From Nitrosospira multiformis ATCC 25196 (GTDB lineage Bacteria; Pseudomonadota; Gammaproteobacteria; Burkholderiales; Nitrosomonadaceae): a DNA stretch of 32,000 bases. The stretch lies in the NCBI RefSeq assembly GCF_000196355.1, contig NC_007614.1:570001-602000 (forward strand). Direction: 5' to 3'. The notes below the pieces were generated by a model. That model saw nothing but the letters and a program-made list of their open reading frames with translations. It did not search any database and was not told where the DNA came from. A program made the position numbers and the translations under genes. Positions 27,597-32,000 of this stretch are shown piece after piece (position 1 is the stretch's first letter; the number at the start of each line of letters is the position of its first letter).

Positions 27597-29657
27597 TCAG
27601 ACCTGCATCCTTTCCGCATCCTCGCGGATCACGTCGCACGCTTTTTCGCTTATCATGTAGATGGATGAAGCGATGAAGAACCCGGGTATTTTGGGGAAAA
27701 CGGAAGCATCCACAATGCGCAGGTTCCGGGTGCCATAAACGCGAAACCGGCTGTCGACGACAGCCATGGGATCAGTGGCGGCGCCCATTTTACAAGTGCA
27801 GGAGGCATGATGTCCCCACGCCTGGTTTTTTATAAAACGTTGTATCTCTTCACGGCTCTTGACTTCCGGGCCAGGCAGAACCTCCTCCTCGATCACGTCG
27901 GAGGAGAGCCTGACGATATTGCGCACTGCTTCCACTCCGGCGACAAGTGACTCCATGTCTTCTCCAGCGTTCGTGCCTTCCGAAAAATAATGAAAGTTTA
28001 TATCCGGCACATCGCGCGGATCGGCGGACCGCAGCGTGACCCGCCCGGCTGTATTGGCGGTATGGCCCTTCAGGATGGCCCAGGTAAAGGCGTTTTCTGT
28101 CCTGGCAATGTTATTGGCATAACCCGGATAATATCCGCGGAAATCCCCGATCAGCCCGAAAATGAATAAATCGGGATCCGGGCGTTCTGGAAACGAGCGC
28201 TTCATGAGCGCGATCGTCGCACCATTGGTGGTGTAGGGCCCGACGCCCTGAAGCCACTGGCTGAACTGGGAATCAGGCGCCTCGCCCGGGGCGGGACAGC
28301 GGAGCTTCATTCCCTTGATCAGCGGGATGTTTTCCCTGAGCCGGGTAACCACGCCCAGTTCATAACGATCTTGGAGGTTTTCTCCCACCCCTGGCAAGTC
28401 TACTTTTACCGTGATGCCATGCCCCTCCAGTTCTTCCCGAGGACCGATGCCGGAGAGCTTGAGCAACTGGGGTGTATTGAATGCGCCTGCGGAAACGATC
28501 ACTTCCCGTTCGGCAAGCACGGTTTCCCCGATCCCCGGGGCTGCTGTCCCATGTCGCGGATCCGCACGGTACTGATGGGCGCCGGAAATGTACTCCACTC
28601 CATAGGCCTTGTTCTGTTCATCGAGCAGGATACGCTTCGCCAGCGCATGAGTTCTGACTTCGAGAAAATTCGGACACTGCTCGCGAACGCGCAATATGTA
28701 CTCCCGGGCTCCAGCCCGACGCCCCTGCCGGGTGGTGATCGGTATCTTGCACAAGCCTTCTGGCCTTCTCCGGATAAAACGCCAATCGTTGGGATCACCA
28801 TGGGTTTTTATCTTGAGCAAGGTCCGTTTGATCGGGTTGATAATGCCGCTGAGTGATTCCTCGAGCGCGGCTTTTGAGAGCCTCCTAAGGACTTTGTCCC
28901 TCAGCAGCATTTCCCGCTCTGCCAGATTTGTTGGAAGCCAGCCTCCGAATCCATGGCGGCTATCCGGTTCTTCAGCCCGGGTGGCATACTCGCAGCGCTC
29001 CATGCGCTTGAAGTATTTCTGCATATTTTCGCTGCGCCAGGATTCGTCGCCGGTCTTTTCGGCGATATAGTCCCAATCGCTATTGTGGGGATAGATCAAC
29101 AGCATGGCATTGTGCGCGGTACATCCCCCCAAGGTCCCCGAGCGCGGGTACAGCACGCCGTTCCGTTCCGGAATGAACTTGTCATCCCGTTTCTGCTGCT
29201 CGTCGTCCGCATAGTGACGCACAAAGAAGTCCCAGCGCAGCGCCTCGTGCTCGGAGGCGCGCGCGTGAAAGGCGGGAACGTAATATTCGCAGGGATCGTC
29301 TTCTCCCCCAGCCTCCAGCAGCAGCACGCGGAAACCCTTCAAAGCGAGGTTGCAGGCGAGCGGACCTCCGCCCGCTCCGGAACCGATGATGATGTAATCG
29401 AATTTGTTCCCGGCAGCGGAGGGACAATTCAGGTGGACAAAGGGGCGCGAGGACCCCTTCCAGAGAAGGGTAGAGCAACTGGCAAGAAAGGTGCTTGCGC
29501 CGGATACCAGCAGGGCGGTGAGCTTGACAAAACGGCGTCGGGAGATCAAGGCGAAATCAATCGTATTTTTCTGCGGAGAGTCGCGAAAATGATTATAAAG
29601 GAAAAGTTTCCGCCGGTTTGGCTGCAACTTCCCTTCGGTTTGGCCTCCGTTTTGCAA
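27597..29657 (-). CDS. GMC-family FAD oxidoreductase (choline/alcohol dehydrogenase-like) with a twin-arginine signal and a lipobox-like cysteine
   Basis: FAD ADP-binding fold YIIIGSGAGGGPLACNLALKGFRVLLLEAGGE. The C-terminal GMC active-site region is WGHHASCTCKMGAATDPMAVVDSRFRVYGTRNLRIVDASVFPKIPGFF. The Tat motif SRRRFVK is at residues 39-45 (nt 29543-29523), followed by a hydrophobic stretch and LASC (nt 29486-29475). The start is uncertain. The track start at 29657 is a TTG only 10 nt from a strong hairpin. An in-frame TTG at 29549 would give MISRRRFVKL. Confidence 0.85.
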   Translation of the reverse strand: MQNGGQTEGKLQPNRRKLFLYNHFRDSPQKNTIDFALISRRRFVKLTALLVSGASTFLASCSTLLWKGSSRPFVHLNCPSAAGNKFDYIIIGSGAGGGPLACNLALKGFRVLLLEAGGEDDPCEYYVPAFHARASEHEALRWDFFVRHYADDEQQKRDDKFIPERNGVLYPRSGTLGGCTAHNAMLLIYPHNSDWDYIAEKTGDESWRSENMQKYFKRMERCEYATRAEEPDSRHGFGGWLPTNLAEREMLLRDKVLRRLSKAALEESLSGIINPIKRTLLKIKTHGDPNDWRFIRRRPEGLCKIPITTRQGRRAGAREYILRVREQCPNFLEVRTHALAKRILLDEQNKAYGVEYISGAHQYRADPRHGTAAPGIGETVLAEREVIVSAGAFNTPQLLKLSGIGPREELEGHGITVKVDLPGVGENLQDRYELGVVTRLRENIPLIKGMKLRCPAPGEAPDSQFSQWLQGVGPYTTNGATIALMKRSFPERPDPDLFIFGLIGDFRGYYPGYANNIARTENAFTWAILKGHTANTAGRVTLRSADPRDVPDINFHYFSEGTNAGEDMESLVAGVEAVRNIVRLSSDVIEEEVLPGPEVKSREEIQRFIKNQAWGHHASCTCKMGAATDPMAVVDSRFRVYGTRNLRIVDASVFPKIPGFFIASSIYMISEKACDVIREDAERMQV

Positions 29658-29666
29658 TAAGAACTC

Positions 29667-29693
29667 GCACCGCTCCCCTCGGTGGAGCGGTGC
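29667..29693 (-). terminator. GC-rich 10-bp stem-loop between the cytochrome c gene and the GMC gene (terminator, attenuator or mRNA-processing/stability element)
   Basis: GCACCGCTCC (29667-29676), loop CCTCGGT, then GGAGCGGTGC (29684-29693), a perfect 10-bp stem. On the minus-strand transcript it is followed by GAGUUCUUAUUGC, which is only moderately U-rich. It lies 28 nt after the upstream gene's stop. Confidence 0.4.
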
Positions 29694-29721
29694 TTCTGGT
29701 GGTGATCCCTCACGCGGCGCG

Positions 29722-32000
29722 TCACATCGTTTTCAGGAATTCGATCAATGCGCGTTTGTCGCTATCTCCGAGTCCCGGCCGTCCTTCGTCTCCCGGCAGA
29801 TAATCGGTCCCAAAGTAGTGACCCCGGTTGACCACGAAGTCCGGGCATTTGCTTACGCCGAGCAGGGGATCGACCAGATTGGAATAGACCTTGCGTAATT
29901 CCGCATCCGTGATCCGATCGGGCGTTACCTTGGCGGCGATCAAATCTCCCAGATGACCTTTGAGTGTCTTCAGCAGCGTCTTGACTTCGCCGCCTCTTTT
30001 TTCGAGGTCCAGGTTGGACAGAAGGCTGACGGGTGTGCCCTCCGGTATGGGGCCCAGATTCAACACGCCGTCATGAATCGGCAACCTCACATACCAGGGC
30101 AGATAACCCTCCGGTATCAGCAGCCAGCTTCTCGCCCAGGTTCGATCGATAATGCCTGGCACTTCCTTGCCCGAGCGGGTGACATATGTGCGGTTTTCGC
30201 AGCTTGTTCGTTCCTGATCTCCATAATTCTTTTCCGCATAGTAACTCCCCCCGTACAGGTCTTCCTGGTCGCAGTAGCGTTTTTCCGGCCAGAGCAATTG
30301 CTCTATCCCGCTATAAAAGGATTTCATCCTGTCCTCAACGGTGCCTGAGGGATAGAATTTGCCCAAGGTGTTATTCAACAGAAAGGGCGCCGAGGACCAG
30401 AGGCTCGCAAGCGAAGGCGGCCGGATATACCCGCGACCGCCATCTGGCATGGGATAGGAGCGGGGCTCCCGTGTCACGGGATGGTGAACCAGCGCACTTC
30501 CGACCGAGGGTAGTTCTTTGTACGAGGTGGAAGAGAAATTATCCCAGGTATCCCCCTTGAGCGCGTTGGTTGCAAGGGAAGCGCAAATATTCGTTTCAAG
30601 GAGGGTGACAGGAACGCGCAACTCGGTAGAAAGATAATTGTCAGCAAGAAAATCCTCCTTCAGTACGATCTCTTTCATCTCCTGCCTGAACTCGTCGGTC
30701 TTTGTCCAGTTCCAGTACTGGTTCCAGCAACTCAGGTAATCAGGCCCGACGCAACCGTTATTGGGGAAGAATTTTACCGCTTTCTCCGGCAGCTTGCTCG
30801 AGTGGCAGCCGGCGCAGTTCTCCGCAAATACTTCCTTGCCGCGTTTCAGGGTGGCCGCATCAGCGGTCAAATGATGCCGGCCTCCCGGCGCTTCCGCCAG
30901 ATAATCCGGCCGGCTGGCTGCGAGGAAAAACAGCGATGTATCCAGGGTCTGGTTTTCCGTTGCCCGCCAATAGCTGGAATTCTTGTTGGCAGTGGCGATC
31001 GGGAATGGCGTGAATGGCTTGCCCCCGATGAGTGGATTGATATGCTGAAGCCATTCTTCGCTGAAGAGTCCGATATTTACGAAAACGCGGTTAAAGGCGC
31101 CGAGCGCGCCCACGGAATCAGCCCCATCCTTGAGCACCCGTGGGGTGAACACCGTACCCGATTTTTCGAAGAACCTTCTCAGCGGACTTTCGGAAGATAT
31201 TTCCCGATAATCATTAAACTGCTTATTGTTCAGCTCATCACCCGTCAGCTGCTCCTTGCCCGAGCGCAATGCATTTTTCATTCGCGCACCCAGGTTATAT
31301 ACCCCATTCATGCTGCGCGGATTATTCATGTAGTCCGTTGAAATGAGGGAAGTATCCAGGGCACCGGGGCGATTGGTGCTGAGGAACTGATAGGCGAAGC
31401 TGTTCTTGTCGGCTTCGTAGGCGAATATCCGGTCGAACCAGAAATATTGCGCCCCGGGATTGGAATTAAGGTTGGCCCACTGCGGGTTCTCCGGATCCTT
31501 CGGCGGATTGGAAGGGTTCGGGCCCACATGACAGAATCCGCACGACATCCCCACCCGGTAGGGCTTCACCAGATTTGCATCGTTGTAGTAGGACGGATCG
31601 GTATAATACCTTTCCGGGTCCCAGCGCTTTTTTGCGGCCTCATCGAAATCGGGATTGGGGAACAACCGCAGTCCTACAATCCCGCTCGCATATCCGTAGT
31701 AGGACCCGATCGGCACTGTCTTCCCCCGCGACCCGATCTTTACGCCAGGGTATTTCTCTTCATTCTCGAACGGGTCGCTTGCGCAATTCGGATCGCGCAC
31801 GTCGAGATACAGGCCGAAGCGGTCGGGGCGTCCCAATGGATTGCCCTGTGCATCCACGTTTTTCCTGAAGCACGGTTCATTGACAAGACCGAACCAGTAC
31901 CATCGGTTATCCCGGCTATATCCGGGATTTTTCATGAGGTGCGGATGATTTGAAAGCACCTTCAGGAGATCGAAGCTGCCCTGGCTGTTGATATTGAGAT
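29722..32000 (-). CDS. Large periplasmic di-heme c-type cytochrome, distantly related to cytochrome c peroxidase/MauG; the N-terminus lies beyond the right edge
   Basis: There are two CxxCH motifs: CGFCH (nt 31542-31528) and CAGCH (nt 30816-30802). CCP-like C-terminal landmarks are present: IRPPSLASLWSSAPFLLNNTLG (compare vPsLRn...tAPYfHdG) and the terminal DSDKRALIEFLKTM (compare ...LvaFLktL). The track starts the ORF at a GTG at 31959. My translation shows the frame stays open to base 32000 (..LNINSQGSFDLLK-VLSNHPHL..), so the gene is probably truncated by the window. Confidence 0.75.
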   Translation of the reverse strand, partial: LNINSQGSFDLLKVLSNHPHLMKNPGYSRDNRWYWFGLVNEPCFRKNVDAQGNPLGRPDRFGLYLDVRDPNCASDPFENEEKYPGVKIGSRGKTVPIGSYYGYASGIVGLRLFPNPDFDEAAKKRWDPERYYTDPSYYNDANLVKPYRVGMSCGFCHVGPNPSNPPKDPENPQWANLNSNPGAQYFWFDRIFAYEADKNSFAYQFLSTNRPGALDTSLISTDYMNNPRSMNGVYNLGARMKNALRSGKEQLTGDELNNKQFNDYREISSESPLRRFFEKSGTVFTPRVLKDGADSVGALGAFNRVFVNIGLFSEEWLQHINPLIGGKPFTPFPIATANKNSSYWRATENQTLDTSLFFLAASRPDYLAEAPGGRHHLTADAATLKRGKEVFAENCAGCHSSKLPEKAVKFFPNNGCVGPDYLSCWNQYWNWTKTDEFRQEMKEIVLKEDFLADNYLSTELRVPVTLLETNICASLATNALKGDTWDNFSSTSYKELPSVGSALVHHPVTREPRSYPMPDGGRGYIRPPSLASLWSSAPFLLNNTLGKFYPSGTVEDRMKSFYSGIEQLLWPEKRYCDQEDLYGGSYYAEKNYGDQERTSCENRTYVTRSGKEVPGIIDRTWARSWLLIPEGYLPWYVRLPIHDGVLNLGPIPEGTPVSLLSNLDLEKRGGEVKTLLKTLKGHLGDLIAAKVTPDRITDAELRKVYSNLVDPLLGVSKCPDFVVNRGHYFGTDYLPGDEGRPGLGDSDKRALIEFLKTM

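Overview
This is a gene-dense chromosomal segment (about 27 CDS, roughly 90% coding) with betaproteobacterial housekeeping synteny. No rRNA, tRNA, CRISPR array, transposase or integrase was recognised. From left to right: (1) A minus-strand sulfate-uptake operon packed with 1-120 nt gaps: DUF2292/YezD-like small protein, outer-membrane beta-barrel, sbp, a degenerate EAL-like gene, cysT, and cysW, which runs off the left edge. (2) ttcA, diverging from that operon, followed by a DegP/HtrA protease. (3) leuS-lptE-holA, then a 395-bp spacer full of REP/MITE-like repeats. (4) proA and an lpdA that carries an N-terminal lipoyl domain. (5) An Rh-type (Rh50) ammonium channel on the minus strand. (6) The minus-strand cluster lptD-surA-pdxA-rsmA, followed by a DUF4124-SLT lytic transglycosylase. 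(7) mpl, then a DUF3617 protein and a 0.7-kb stretch with no credible ORF. (8) At the right edge, a Tat-signal GMC flavoprotein immediately downstream of a very large di-heme protein related to cytochrome c peroxidase, which is still open at base 32000. An Rh50 channel in this betaproteobacterial context suggests an ammonia-oxidising Nitrosomonadaceae (Nitrosospira/Nitrosomonas-like) source; that is inference only. Most of the window is ordinary core genome. Two loci look least explained by textbook annotation. The first is the periplasmic di-heme cytochrome c / GMC flavoprotein pair (27597-32000). The second is the extended sulfate operon, which contains a catalytically degenerate stand-alone EAL-like protein, a dedicated outer-membrane barrel and a DUF2292 gene (1-5153). 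All functional calls come from reading the translated ORFs against remembered family motifs. No database search was run.
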